This document shows positions 8,315 through 17,827 of a DNA stretch of 64,000 nucleotides, piece after piece. A program made the position numbers and the translations under genes. Each line of letters begins with the position of its first letter. Position 1 is the stretch's first letter. The notes under the pieces were generated by a model that saw only the letters and a list, made by a program, of their open reading frames with translations, made no database searches and was not told where the DNA came from. The stretch comes from Candidatus Gottesmanbacteria bacterium (GTDB lineage Bacteria; Patescibacteriota; Microgenomatia; UBA10105; UBA927): assembly GCA_023245335.1 (NCBI GenBank), contig JAHFKK010000001.1:1000019-1064018 (forward strand), written 5' to 3'.

Positions 8315-10117
8315 ATGTGTGGAATATTCGGATACATCGGTCACAAAACAAACGCTCCGACGATCGTCCTTGAAGGACTCAAACGTCTCGAGTATCGCGG
8401 CTACGACTCCTGGGGAGTTGCCGTGGTGCCGGAGGGAGACGCCGAAAACATTCTCGTCAAGAAAAAGGCAGGAAAAATCGGCGCCGCGACCGTAACGAGC
8501 ATGCCGAAAGGGACACTTGCGTTCGGACATACCCGGTGGGCTACCCACGGCGGAGTGACGGACGTGAACGCCCATCCGCATCTCGACTGCACCAAAACCA
8601 TTGCAGTCATCCATAACGGGATCGTCGAAAATTACGAAGCACTCAAGGAAATGCTCACGAAAGAAGGGCACCACTTCGTATCCCAAACAGATACGGAAAT
8701 CATCGCGCATTTAGTGGAAGAAAATCTTAAGGCCATGAAGCCCGCCATTCGGGACGCCCAACCTGCTTTTTCCAAAGCGGTACAAAAAGCGTTTAATGCT
8801 CTCGACGGGCTTAACGCGATTATCCTTATAAACACCACGTCACACGAGATGGTGGCCGCAAGAAACGGCTCACCGCTTGTCGTTGGATTCGGTGACGGAG
8901 AAAATTTTCTCGCAAGCGATCCTGCGGCACTTCTCCCACATACCAAGCAAGTGCATTATCTGGAAGATGATGAGATGGTCATCGTGAGACCGGATGCCAT
9001 CCATATCTTTAACGCGAGGACCGGCGAACGGGTGCGGCCGCGGAAACAACTTCTCACGTGGACCGAAAAAGACGCGGAGAAAGGACAGTATCCCTACTTC
9101 ATGCTCAAAGAAATTTACGAGCAGCCCGGTCTTATGAGCGAAATTGCATCAGAATCGACGGAACAAGCTAAAGAATTGGCAAAGCAATTCGCTACTGCCT
9201 ACCGCGTATACGTCGTCGGAGCCGGCACATCCGGTCATGCCGCGCGGGCCGCATCGTATTTGTTTTCGGATATCTCCGCACATCTTATTAACTGGGGTAT
9301 CGCAAGCGAATTTGATCATCGGCTAAACGTGATACCGGAAAAAAGCCTAGTGGTAGCACTATCGCAATCGGGAGAAACGATGGATCTTATGGAAGTAGTG
9401 AAAAAAGCAAAGGCGAAAGGGATTGGTGTCGTTTCTATCGTCAACGTGGTGGGTTCTTCCCTATGGCGTATGGCCGATTTCCGTATGCCTATCGGAGCCG
9501 GACCGGAAAAAGGAGTGGCATCGACCAAGGCATTTACGTCAAAAATAGCGCACCTTATCCTTATCGCGTATGCAATGAAAGGAAACATCAGTGATGGACA
9601 AAAACTGCTCATACGGGCCGCCAAAAGCGCCAAAGAAGCGGTAAGCGAATCAAACGTCAAGCGTATCAAAGCGCTTGCGGCGAAGATGAAATCGGTCGAA
9701 CATATGTTCGTCGTGGGTAAGGGTATCTCCTATCCGGCAGCGCAGGAATGCGCGCTCAAGATAAAGGAAATATCCTATATCCATGCGGAAGGCGTCGCGG
9801 CAGGCGAACTCAAGCACGGCCCCCTAGCGCTCGTCACCAAAGGGACGCCATGCATCGTCATCGCGCCCAATGATGAGACCTATCGTGACGTCCTGGGAAG
9901 CGCGATGGAAATGAAAGCGAGAGGCGGTCATATCATCGGGTTTTCATATAAAAATGATGAGGTCTTTGATGATTACATACCGGTCGCCGATGCGGGTGAG
10001 GCGACGATTATCCCGAACGTCATCGTGGCCCAGCTCCTCGCCTACTATCTGACGCTTGAACGGGGCTTTGACCCCGACATGCCGCGAAATCTCGCCAAAA
10101 GCGTAACCGTGAAATAA
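8315..10117 (+). CDS. glmS: Glutamine--fructose-6-phosphate aminotransferase
   Basis: MCGIFGYIG N-terminal nucleophile Cys, two SIS domains, C-terminal ...KSVTVK. The upstream Met at 8282 would put the catalytic Cys at residue 12, so 8315 is preferred. Confidence 0.93.
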   Translation: MCGIFGYIGHKTNAPTIVLEGLKRLEYRGYDSWGVAVVPEGDAENILVKKKAGKIGAATVTSMPKGTLAFGHTRWATHGGVTDVNAHPHLDCTKTIAVIHNGIVENYEALKEMLTKEGHHFVSQTDTEIIAHLVEENLKAMKPAIRDAQPAFSKAVQKAFNALDGLNAIILINTTSHEMVAARNGSPLVVGFGDGENFLASDPAALLPHTKQVHYLEDDEMVIVRPDAIHIFNARTGERVRPRKQLLTWTEKDAEKGQYPYFMLKEIYEQPGLMSEIASESTEQAKELAKQFATAYRVYVVGAGTSGHAARAASYLFSDISAHLINWGIASEFDHRLNVIPEKSLVVALSQSGETMDLMEVVKKAKAKGIGVVSIVNVVGSSLWRMADFRMPIGAGPEKGVASTKAFTSKIAHLILIAYAMKGNISDGQKLLIRAAKSAKEAVSESNVKRIKALAAKMKSVEHMFVVGKGISYPAAQECALKIKEISYIHAEGVAAGELKHGPLALVTKGTPCIVIAPNDETYRDVLGSAMEMKARGGHIIGFSYKNDEVFDDYIPVADAGEATIIPNVIVAQLLAYYLTLERGFDPDMPRNLAKSVTVK

Positions 10118-10392
10118 TACAGGCGTGGCAGTGTACACATTTTTCTGACTCTCCGCCAAACGCTGGCAATCCACGGGTGACGGTCGCGAGAGCATCCTGC
10201 GATGAGTCCTCACTTCAGAATGAGACGTAGCAACATGGAGTGGAAGCTATTATTTCATGAACGAATTGAGGCGAATCGCGGGACACACGACCGGCAGGCC
10301 CCGCTACCAGTGAACTTCGCATGGCGGATCGCAAAAAAATGCGTGCACTGCCAAAGCGCCATTCTAATTTATAAGGTGCTACAATATGTACC

Positions 10393-11622
10393 ATGAATAA
10401 GCGTATTGCCATGATTTCCGTGCACGAGTGCCCGCTCGCATCCAGTGAAGGCAAAGAGCGCGGAGGCATAAATGTCTATGTGTACGAACTATCCAAAGCC
10501 CTAACGAGGCTCGGGTGGCAAATCGACATGTACACCCGCATGCAGGACTCTGTGAATCCCGCGGTCGTCCAGGTGAACGATAATGCGCGCGTCATCCACA
10601 TCCCTGCCGGCCCAAAGACGCCGATTCCCAAACAACAGGTCATCGGACATCTCGATGAATTTTCACGCAATATGGCCGAGTTCATCCGTGACGACGGAGC
10701 AACCTATAATTATATTCATGCACACTATTATTACTCGGGAGTAGTCGGCCGATATATAGCCGATAATTCGCAGTATTCGATACCTCTTGTCATGACATTT
10801 CACACCTTAGGACTACTCAAACAGCTAACGACTACGAATCATGCCGATGATCCAAAGGAGCGCATCCTCATAGAAAAAGAATTAGTTGCGGCAGCCACAA
10901 AAATTATCGCGACGAGTGACAATGACGCCACATACCTTAAAGCACTGTATGACGCTCCATCCGCGCGGATAGCGATCATCCCTCCGGGCGTCGACACGAG
11001 ACTTTTCCACAATGCCCCCAAAGAAGAGGCGAAACAAGCTATAGGCGCAGACCCCACGCATCGGATCATCCTTTCCGTCGGTAGGATTGATCCGGTAAAA
11101 GGATTAGATGTGTTGTTATATGGGCTCAAACTCATGATTAACGCACACCCCGAATACGCACAAAATACCTGTTTATGGATTGTCGGCGGCGATGTAGAAG
11201 AAAAACGCCGTGAATGGAATTCCGAACAAGCCAAGCTGGAATCCATACGCGAGACGCTCGGACTCCGGACGACGGTCAAATTCATCCCGGCGCAATCGCA
11301 GGAAAAACTCCCTGATTATTATAATGCCGCAGACGTCTTAGTCATGGCCTCGCACTACGAGTCTTTTGGGATGGTCGCTTTGGAGGCCTTAGCCTGCGGG
11401 ACACCGGTTATCGCCACAGACGTTACCGGTATCTCCCCGCTTGTGAAGGCGTTCCCGAAAGGACATATCATATCCGCCAACAATCCGATTCTCCTTTCAC
11501 AAAAACTCGCGCACGTCTTATCGCACCCGCCATTGGTGCAGGCAGATACCCAAAAAATTATTTCGTCTTTGGATTGGTCAGAAACCGCCAAAAAAGTGAT
11601 CTACGTCTACGAAGCATTGTGA
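10393..11622 (+). CDS. GT4 family glycosyltransferase (MshA/sucrose-phosphate-synthase-like)
   Basis: N-terminal GGINVYV(YE)L and a C-terminal E-x7-E region (ESFGMVALEALACGTPVIA). Confidence 0.8.
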   Translation: MNKRIAMISVHECPLASSEGKERGGINVYVYELSKALTRLGWQIDMYTRMQDSVNPAVVQVNDNARVIHIPAGPKTPIPKQQVIGHLDEFSRNMAEFIRDDGATYNYIHAHYYYSGVVGRYIADNSQYSIPLVMTFHTLGLLKQLTTTNHADDPKERILIEKELVAAATKIIATSDNDATYLKALYDAPSARIAIIPPGVDTRLFHNAPKEEAKQAIGADPTHRIILSVGRIDPVKGLDVLLYGLKLMINAHPEYAQNTCLWIVGGDVEEKRREWNSEQAKLESIRETLGLRTTVKFIPAQSQEKLPDYYNAADVLVMASHYESFGMVALEALACGTPVIATDVTGISPLVKAFPKGHIISANNPILLSQKLAHVLSHPPLVQADTQKIISSLDWSETAKKVIYVYEAL

Positions 11623-11626
11623 AGGA

Positions 11627-11935
11627 TTAGAGCGAGTTAGCTTGTTTTTGTAGCGCATCCATACTGGCGACTCCCCCGTCATCCGCTGATGCGTCAAACT
11701 GCTGTCGAAGATCCGCAACCGGATTAGCGGACTGCAGACTTCCGAATCCGACGGTCGGTTTGCCGGCCGTCGCCGACAAAGACGGAAGAGGAGCAGGGAC
11801 GGTATTTGCCGGTAAAGAGGACTCGGGAGATGCCGCGGGGGCCGCAGACATCACCCGCAAAATAACAACTCCCGCAATCACAAGACCCGCGATAGTGAGC
11901 GGGATAGCGATGACAAATAATGATGATTTTTTCAT
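11627..11935 (-). CDS. Small membrane-anchored hypothetical protein
   Basis: 102 aa with an N-terminal TM (LFVIAIPLTIAGLVIAGVVIL) and an Ala/Pro/Ser-rich tail. Confidence 0.4.
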   Translation of the reverse strand: MKKSSLFVIAIPLTIAGLVIAGVVILRVMSAAPAASPESSLPANTVPAPLPSLSATAGKPTVGFGSLQSANPVADLRQQFDASADDGGVASMDALQKQANSL

Positions 11936-11938
11936 ATA

Positions 11939-12769
11939 TTATGGTGTCGGCGTCACTTCTACAGGTTTCGTCAATGATTCTACATCGTCTAAAGCGACAC
12001 CGACCGCTTTGCGTGCTGCCACAAATGCCGCATAGAGAGAGCCCAGCTTCGTTTTGGCATCCCCGATTGCCTTCCCGGCATCCTCTCCCGCACTCGTTTC
12101 GCTGGTTACCGGAAGCACGGTCGAAATACTGCCGGTCAAAGTAGTCAAAAGGGTCTGGGCGGTCGCTACTTTTGCCTGGGCGGCGGTGATATCGGAGTCG
12201 ATACCGGACACGTCTTTTCCCTGCGCCTTGAGCGCTGCTGCGGAAACGGAAATCTTATCAAGAAGCGCTGTCATAGATGCAAGCTTTTTTTGCATGGACG
12301 TCAAAGCATTGGTAACCGTCGACCGGAATTTGTCCGCCACGGAAAGTACTCTTTGTTTCTTCCCGGAATCTTTAAACGCCTCTACCTTTCGAAGGAACCC
12401 CGTATGAGATGCTTCATCTTCGCCCGCACGCTTATGGAGCGCATTGGTAAACTCATCTTCGAGCGTCCGCACCTTTGCGTCTGTTACCTTGAGAATTTTC
12501 GCCTCCCGAGCGGCACGGTCCTCCTGGAATGCATCCTCCTCTTTTTTGGTCAGTACCGGTGCCAGAACCCGGAGCGTCGGCCTTGGGTTTTCTCCTCCAC
12601 GACCACGACCGGAACCGGAATGCGTATCCGCTTTGAGTTCGGGAGGACGCTCTGCGGAACCGGTAGAACTAACTACTTCCTGAGTTTGGTCGCCCAAGAC
12701 GTTCGGCCGCATCATGGGGTGACCGAGACCTAAACCAAGAAGAATAAGACCGAAAAACTGATCGAGCAT
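11939..12769 (-). CDS. Secreted/membrane-anchored coiled-coil hypothetical protein
   Basis: 276 aa with an N-terminal hydrophobic segment, then low-complexity and coiled-coil-like sequence. Confidence 0.45.
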   Translation of the reverse strand: MLDQFFGLILLGLGLGHPMMRPNVLGDQTQEVVSSTGSAERPPELKADTHSGSGRGRGGENPRPTLRVLAPVLTKKEEDAFQEDRAAREAKILKVTDAKVRTLEDEFTNALHKRAGEDEASHTGFLRKVEAFKDSGKKQRVLSVADKFRSTVTNALTSMQKKLASMTALLDKISVSAAALKAQGKDVSGIDSDITAAQAKVATAQTLLTTLTGSISTVLPVTSETSAGEDAGKAIGDAKTKLGSLYAAFVAARKAVGVALDDVESLTKPVEVTPTP

Positions 12770-12851
12770 TGTATCCAGTATGGAAAGAATCGGAGTGGAT
12801 TGTCAAGTATATTACAATTGCAGAATTAATGACCAAGAATTGAACATGACG

Positions 12852-13250
12852 TCACCTCGTAATCCTTAATTCTTTTCTCAAGAGGTAATGCAGCGTATTC
12901 GTACGAATTTTGGTTTTCTGGACGGTCCATCCCAACGTATGTGCTAAAGCCTCGACCGATGAAGAGCTTTGTTCTGCTTCAAAGAGTTTTTGTTCGCTCG
13001 GAGGTATCTTGGCAAGTGCACGCCTGAATCCTGGGTGATTCGTGATCGTCTCAATCGCTCTTGCCCTCCTCTTTTGGGATTGTGTCGGGACAGTTGGTAG
13101 GCCGTCCGCAAATATGCGTGCGACTGCCGTACGTCTTTGTGTCGCACTGCGCGCACGCAACTCTCTTTCTGCACGCTCTGCTTCAAGGATAATCTGTTGG
13201 AATACGCTTGGCCCTGCGGGTGATTTCGACAATCTCCGTTCGTCATCCAT
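12852..13250 (-). CDS. Hypothetical protein
   Basis: 132-aa basic protein. First gene of a co-directional run of three. Confidence 0.35.
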   Translation of the reverse strand: MDDERRLSKSPAGPSVFQQIILEAERAERELRARSATQRRTAVARIFADGLPTVPTQSQKRRARAIETITNHPGFRRALAKIPPSEQKLFEAEQSSSSVEALAHTLGWTVQKTKIRTNTLHYLLRKELRITR

Positions 13251-13259
13251 ACGATTCGA

Positions 13260-14789
13260 TTATAGTTCTTTGTTCGCCGCTGGGTCCTGATTATACTTCT
13301 CAGGTTTGCCGAGTTTGATGTAAAACTCCGCCCGCTGCAATTCGGTGCCGATATAGATAAGGTGACTTGGCAAAACGAGGTACTCACCGATATTCACCAT
13401 TTCAATGTAGAGTTCCATAGCGGTCTTTTCCCGCCATTCCTTGAGAAGCAGTCCGCCGTTTGGTGCATAGAGTTTGACGACAATTTCCCATTCGGTATCC
13501 GGGGGCTTCGTAGCGTATTTGGTAGGTCTTCCGACACTATTTTTGTCCGTTTGCTCGACCGAAACGACCACGTTCCCCCGCGGATCATCTTCAAACATCT
13601 GCCTGCTCGTGTAGCCTAACTCTTTGTCATAATTTTCTTTCAGGATCTTTTCGACCAACTCGTAATCATCGCTATAGATGTGCGCGCTATGGGTGATCAT
13701 GACGAACGCCCCCATGGCGACCCCCGACTCGTCGCAAATAAGCTTCTGTAATTTCCGAAGGCTAAATACGTTCCTGGGCCAGCCGTGCACCATATCCTGA
13801 CTCCGAAAATGCGTCGTCATAAAAAGTCTGCCGTCCTCTATGCTGCAGAGAATCTGTGTGAGGCACGGCGTGTCCCCTTTGTTGACGACCGACCAGTCTT
13901 CTTTAATTTTGGCGGTAAATGCAACCATCTTTTTCGAAAACGGTCGTGTTTTGATAAGGTCTATGATGTTTTGGATCTGATCGACGCCGTCATGATCGCG
14001 CAGTCTCTGCCCATACGTATATGCGATGCCGGGAATCTGTTTGGCGGAAAGTACCTGCGGATAATACGAAAGCAAATCTTTTTCCGAAAACGGGAAAAAG
14101 TGCGGCAGATATGGCTTGTCCGGATCCTCGTCATAGACGACCGCCATGACGTTCAGGAACTCTTTGAGTTCATTTTCCTGCGTGTAGCGGGTCGTTTTGT
14201 TGCGGCCGTACCGCATGATATTCATAAGGATTTTGAGCCATGCTTGCGCCGCGGTCTTCCCGTGTATGCGAACACCGATCTGTTCGCTGGGATACGTAAA
14301 CGGTTTGGGGCGACTGGTCGGAAACTTTTTGGGCTCGGTAAATGGCGCGGGCGGGACGGCCCCCAAATCACTGACTGTTTTCCTCAAAAGATCCGGAGAT
14401 TTGCCGCGGAGATTGATGACCTCTACGGATGTGCGGAAAAGGTCTATGGCATCCTTACCTATTTCCTTCTCTATCTGCCCGCCTTTCTCGTCCCCGATAA
14501 TGAAAAAATTCTCGTCGACGCCATTTGCCATAAGCGCCATAAGCGCCTGGCCGCTTCGGGAAAGGTCAGCGCCCCACAAAACGATCTTCCGTACATGCGG
14601 GTTGGCATAGACGTTTCTGATCATTGCCGAAATTCCCGCGGACGAATACAGGTTACCGATGGCGCAATAGTTCTCGTCTTTCAGAAGGTTCGCGACCACC
14701 TGCCGTTCCGTCCACATGATTGCAACCCCGACGGGATTCTTGGGGTCTTTGACATGCAACACTTGTCTATAGAGAATCGGCCAATCCAT
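13260..14789 (-). CDS. thyA: Thymidylate synthase (ThyA, archaeal-type PCL active site) with ~200-aa N-terminal extension domain
   Basis: The C-terminal ~300 aa carries ThyA folate/dUMP motifs including the catalytic Cys in TPCL (archaeal-type rather than PCH). It is adjacent to dcd. The N-terminal domain is unassigned. Confidence 0.65.
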   Translation of the reverse strand: MDWPILYRQVLHVKDPKNPVGVAIMWTERQVVANLLKDENYCAIGNLYSSAGISAMIRNVYANPHVRKIVLWGADLSRSGQALMALMANGVDENFFIIGDEKGGQIEKEIGKDAIDLFRTSVEVINLRGKSPDLLRKTVSDLGAVPPAPFTEPKKFPTSRPKPFTYPSEQIGVRIHGKTAAQAWLKILMNIMRYGRNKTTRYTQENELKEFLNVMAVVYDEDPDKPYLPHFFPFSEKDLLSYYPQVLSAKQIPGIAYTYGQRLRDHDGVDQIQNIIDLIKTRPFSKKMVAFTAKIKEDWSVVNKGDTPCLTQILCSIEDGRLFMTTHFRSQDMVHGWPRNVFSLRKLQKLICDESGVAMGAFVMITHSAHIYSDDYELVEKILKENYDKELGYTSRQMFEDDPRGNVVVSVEQTDKNSVGRPTKYATKPPDTEWEIVVKLYAPNGGLLLKEWREKTAMELYIEMVNIGEYLVLPSHLIYIGTELQRAEFYIKLGKPEKYNQDPAANKEL

Positions 14790-14791
14790 GA

Positions 14792-15397
14792 TTATTTTTC
14801 CTGGGCAATTCTGCTTGCCAGAGGTGTTTTTTGCCCGGCGTATTTCGCCGTTTTTTTCTTACTGTACGGCACCTGGGCAGGAGAACTTAATTCTTCAAAC
14901 GTCATACTGCAAATCCGCATCCCCGGATAGAGGGCGACCGCCATACGGCCTAAATTTCCAAGCTCCATGACGACGACGCCATTCCACCCGGGCTCGAATA
15001 TTGACGCGGTCGAATGGACAACGATTCCGAGCCGTCCGAGACTGGATCTTCCTTCTAAGCGACCAATAAGATCATCTGCGATAGATATGGATTCAACGGT
15101 TGTTGCTAACACGAAATCACCCGGTTGCAGGATAAACGCTTCCCCTTTTGTGAGATTGACTTCCCGCATCATGTCTTTGGAAAGCTTAGGATTCGTCGGG
15201 TCTATATAGGCCATCGTGCTATGGTTGAAAACCCGGAATTGTCTTCCGAGCCGGAGATCGACCGAACAAGAACCAAGCTGTGTCTTCGCATCTATCTTCG
15301 GGGTTATGACAATTCTCTTGGAGAGAACGGCTTTTTTGATATCCCTATCGGACAAAATCATGGGCCTAAGTATAGCCAATACGCGTGCATGAGACAA
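14792..15397 (-). CDS. dcd: dCTP deaminase
   Basis: MILSDRDIKKA N-terminus, ~200 aa trimeric dUTPase-like fold, and the VDLRLG motif. Confidence 0.88.
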   Translation of the reverse strand: MSHARVLAILRPMILSDRDIKKAVLSKRIVITPKIDAKTQLGSCSVDLRLGRQFRVFNHSTMAYIDPTNPKLSKDMMREVNLTKGEAFILQPGDFVLATTVESISIADDLIGRLEGRSSLGRLGIVVHSTASIFEPGWNGVVVMELGNLGRMAVALYPGMRICSMTFEELSSPAQVPYSKKKTAKYAGQKTPLASRIAQEK

Positions 15398-15438
15398 GTC
15401 AGAGGAATAAATGTTTATATTGCGATATACTGTTCCTT

Positions 15439-16296
15439 ATGATCCGGGGCATCATCACAGACATAGACGGCGTCATCGTCGGAGACAAAGTCGGATTCAA
15501 TTCTCCCTTCCCCCATCCTGACGTCCTCGCACGGATAAAGAAAATACATGACTCCGGCATACCGGTGACCCTTTGTACCGGCAAGCCGCATTATGCGGTC
15601 GGGCAAATCATCCGCGTCTGCGGACTCAATAATCCCCATATCACCGACGGCGGAGCCATCATCATAGATCCTATCACCAACACGATTGTCAAAAAACATG
15701 TTATGGATCCCTCGCTCGTTGCCGGACTCGTCGCGTCGTGTCTTAGGACTGACATGTATGTCGAGATCTATACGGAGGAGAGCTATATCATCCAAAAAAG
15801 CCAAGTCCGGGAAAATCTGACCCCGATACATGAGCACATATTGCAAACCGCGCCGGTCATAGTAGACGACTTGGTCGAGGAAGCCAAAAACCATGAGATC
15901 GTGAAAGTTATGCCGGTCGCAACGGATGAGGAAGACAAAAAACGACTGATTTCGATCTACGAGCCGTATAAGGATCAACTGACTCTCGCCTTTGGACTCC
16001 ACCCCATCGCAAACCCGCACCAGTTCGGTCTGATTACCGCCAAAGGCGTCTCAAAGAAACAATCCGCAATCGATGCGACCTCGGCTCTCCAAATTCCACT
16101 ACGTGATTATCTCGGAATTGGAGACAGCACCAGCGACTGGTCATTCATGGAGCTGTGCGGCTATGCGGCTACGATAGGAAACGGCAGCAGTGAACTCAAA
16201 AAACTGGTCGTAAGCAAAGAAGATCACGGATTTATCGCCGAACACTCCGTCGACGAAAACGGGGCGCTCACTATCCTTGATTACTTCGGACTGTGA
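15439..16296 (+). CDS. Cof-type HAD-IIB phosphatase
   Basis: MIRGIITDIDGV motif I. The later GIGDSTSDWSFMELCGYAATIGNG matches Cof-type motif III. The start was moved from 15385 to 15439 so that it begins at motif I and does not overlap dcd. Confidence 0.7.
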   Translation: MIRGIITDIDGVIVGDKVGFNSPFPHPDVLARIKKIHDSGIPVTLCTGKPHYAVGQIIRVCGLNNPHITDGGAIIIDPITNTIVKKHVMDPSLVAGLVASCLRTDMYVEIYTEESYIIQKSQVRENLTPIHEHILQTAPVIVDDLVEEAKNHEIVKVMPVATDEEDKKRLISIYEPYKDQLTLAFGLHPIANPHQFGLITAKGVSKKQSAIDATSALQIPLRDYLGIGDSTSDWSFMELCGYAATIGNGSSELKKLVVSKEDHGFIAEHSVDENGALTILDYFGL

Positions 16297-16297
16297 A

Positions 16298-16666
16298 TTA
16301 CCTCTTCGCACGTCCCCGTGCTTTTGGCGTATCGGGAAACTGAAACACCACGCTGGTCCGACGTGGTATCTGTAATCTCTCCACCCGGTGGTTCAGGAGG
16401 TCGTGAGGATTTTTGCCCCTCGTGTGGTGAAATTTGACATAGGTAAATTTATCAAACGGACCGCCCTGGATCGAACGGACCAATCCCTTCATATTATTGG
16501 CATCTTCCAAAACGCGTCTCACTTCCGGTTTCTGCATCTTCGCAAATGCAACTCGTATGACGTTTCGTATATCCGGAGCATACGCGGTCAGCTCTCCTTC
16601 GACACGGACGGGTTTTTGATGTGTCAATATGATATCAGGTGACATAGTAAGGGTGAAGTATAGCAC
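16298..16666 (-). CDS. Hypothetical protein
   Basis: 122-aa ORF, convergent with the HAD gene. Confidence 0.35.
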   Translation of the reverse strand: MLYFTLTMSPDIILTHQKPVRVEGELTAYAPDIRNVIRVAFAKMQKPEVRRVLEDANNMKGLVRSIQGGPFDKFTYVKFHHTRGKNPHDLLNHRVERLQIPRRTSVVFQFPDTPKARGRAKR

Positions 16667-16677
16667 TATGGGTCGAA

Positions 16678-17034
16678 TTATTTCTTCTTCTTACTCCGCA
16701 TAACGGCAGCATACGCCCCCATGACCCACGGGACTATGGCAGCGGGGTCATCCATGGCGCATGATGGGACTTCCCAAAACGATAATGTTGTAGGTTTCCC
16801 CGTATGACTCCTATAGACAAAACGTTTACTTCCCTCGTCTTCATAATCCTTCTGATTCTCTCTATCTACTTTGAGATACAGCGTCCCTCCGTTTATGAGC
16901 CCGATAAATATGCCGCGCAAATAGATCCCATGGCCGTCAAACATCCGCCGGATGGCGATGCCGTCTACCTCACGCAGAAGTTCGCTTTCGACGTACACTT
17001 TGAAGCTGTCATCCCTCGTCTTCATCCAGGTCAT
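16678..17034 (-). CDS. TfoX/Sxy N-terminal domain protein (competence regulator-like)
   Basis: Characteristic pattern R(R)MFGGxGIY..G..FG...DGxLYLK (here AIRRMFDGHGIYLRGIFIGLINGGTLYLKVD). Confidence 0.6.
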   Translation of the reverse strand: MTWMKTRDDSFKVYVESELLREVDGIAIRRMFDGHGIYLRGIFIGLINGGTLYLKVDRENQKDYEDEGSKRFVYRSHTGKPTTLSFWEVPSCAMDDPAAIVPWVMGAYAAVMRSKKKK

Positions 17035-17095
17035 TGTACATCAACTAGTAGCGCATAATTTGTAACACAAGGACATCAAAGCTATAATCCGGATA

Positions 17096-17458
17096 ATGAA
17101 ATTTCAGGAAGATGAGTACATGCGTTTAGAAGTGATGGATAACATAGAGGTTGACGTCACCGACCTTACAGGCGGAAAGCCGGTCGTCCACCGGACGGGA
17201 TTCATTTTAAATATTAACCTGAAAGAGGGCAATACGCGCAGAGGCAAATCAACGATCACGATGGTAGACAAGTTTCCCAAAGACGCCCGCCGGAGAGAAG
17301 AAAAAATTGAATTACCTACCCCGCCTTTACGAAACTATCTCGACTTATATTCCAGAACGATCATATATGTCCCCAAAGGAGAAATCTTGTCACCTGATAA
17401 TAATTGGAAACTCACCATACGCCGGTCAGATAAAACAACTGCTTCATCTACCCACTAA
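17096..17458 (+). CDS. Hypothetical protein
   Basis: 120-aa ORF. Overlaps the convergent ImmA-like gene by 15 bp. Confidence 0.3.
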   Translation: MKFQEDEYMRLEVMDNIEVDVTDLTGGKPVVHRTGFILNINLKEGNTRRGKSTITMVDKFPKDARRREEKIELPTPPLRNYLDLYSRTIIYVPKGEILSPDNNWKLTIRRSDKTTASSTH

Positions 17459-17827
17459 ATACTTCTGGGCGAAACTATTTGCTTCCCTCTCCTGACGCCG
17501 GATCTCCGAGCGACTCTGAGTGACGAGGATGGAGTTACGGTGTCCGAGGATGACGTGACCGATCTCATGCATGATCGTCCATTCTATATCTTGCTCCGGC
17601 TGATCCAATAATGAATCGGACACGATAATGAGGTGCTTCCCCTTCAGTTCGTCCCCGTGGAACACATACGCCCACGCGTCTTCGACGCTTCCCAATATCC
17701 ACGTGTCCCGTGTGACTTTCCGGATGAGGTCGTCCGACAATTTGGCAACCGTACGCAGCACATATTTTTTCAGTCTCCTGTTGACGTGAAGTTTACCGGC
17801 AAATGCATTCGTAATATCTTTATTCAT
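17444..17827 (-). CDS. ImmA/IrrE-family (DUF955) zinc metallopeptidase
   Basis: HEIGHVILGH is the HExxH Zn-binding motif of the ImmA/IrrE family. 127 aa. Confidence 0.6.
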   Translation of the reverse strand: MNKDITNAFAGKLHVNRRLKKYVLRTVAKLSDDLIRKVTRDTWILGSVEDAWAYVFHGDELKGKHLIIVSDSLLDQPEQDIEWTIMHEIGHVILGHRNSILVTQSRSEIRRQEREANSFAQKYLVGR

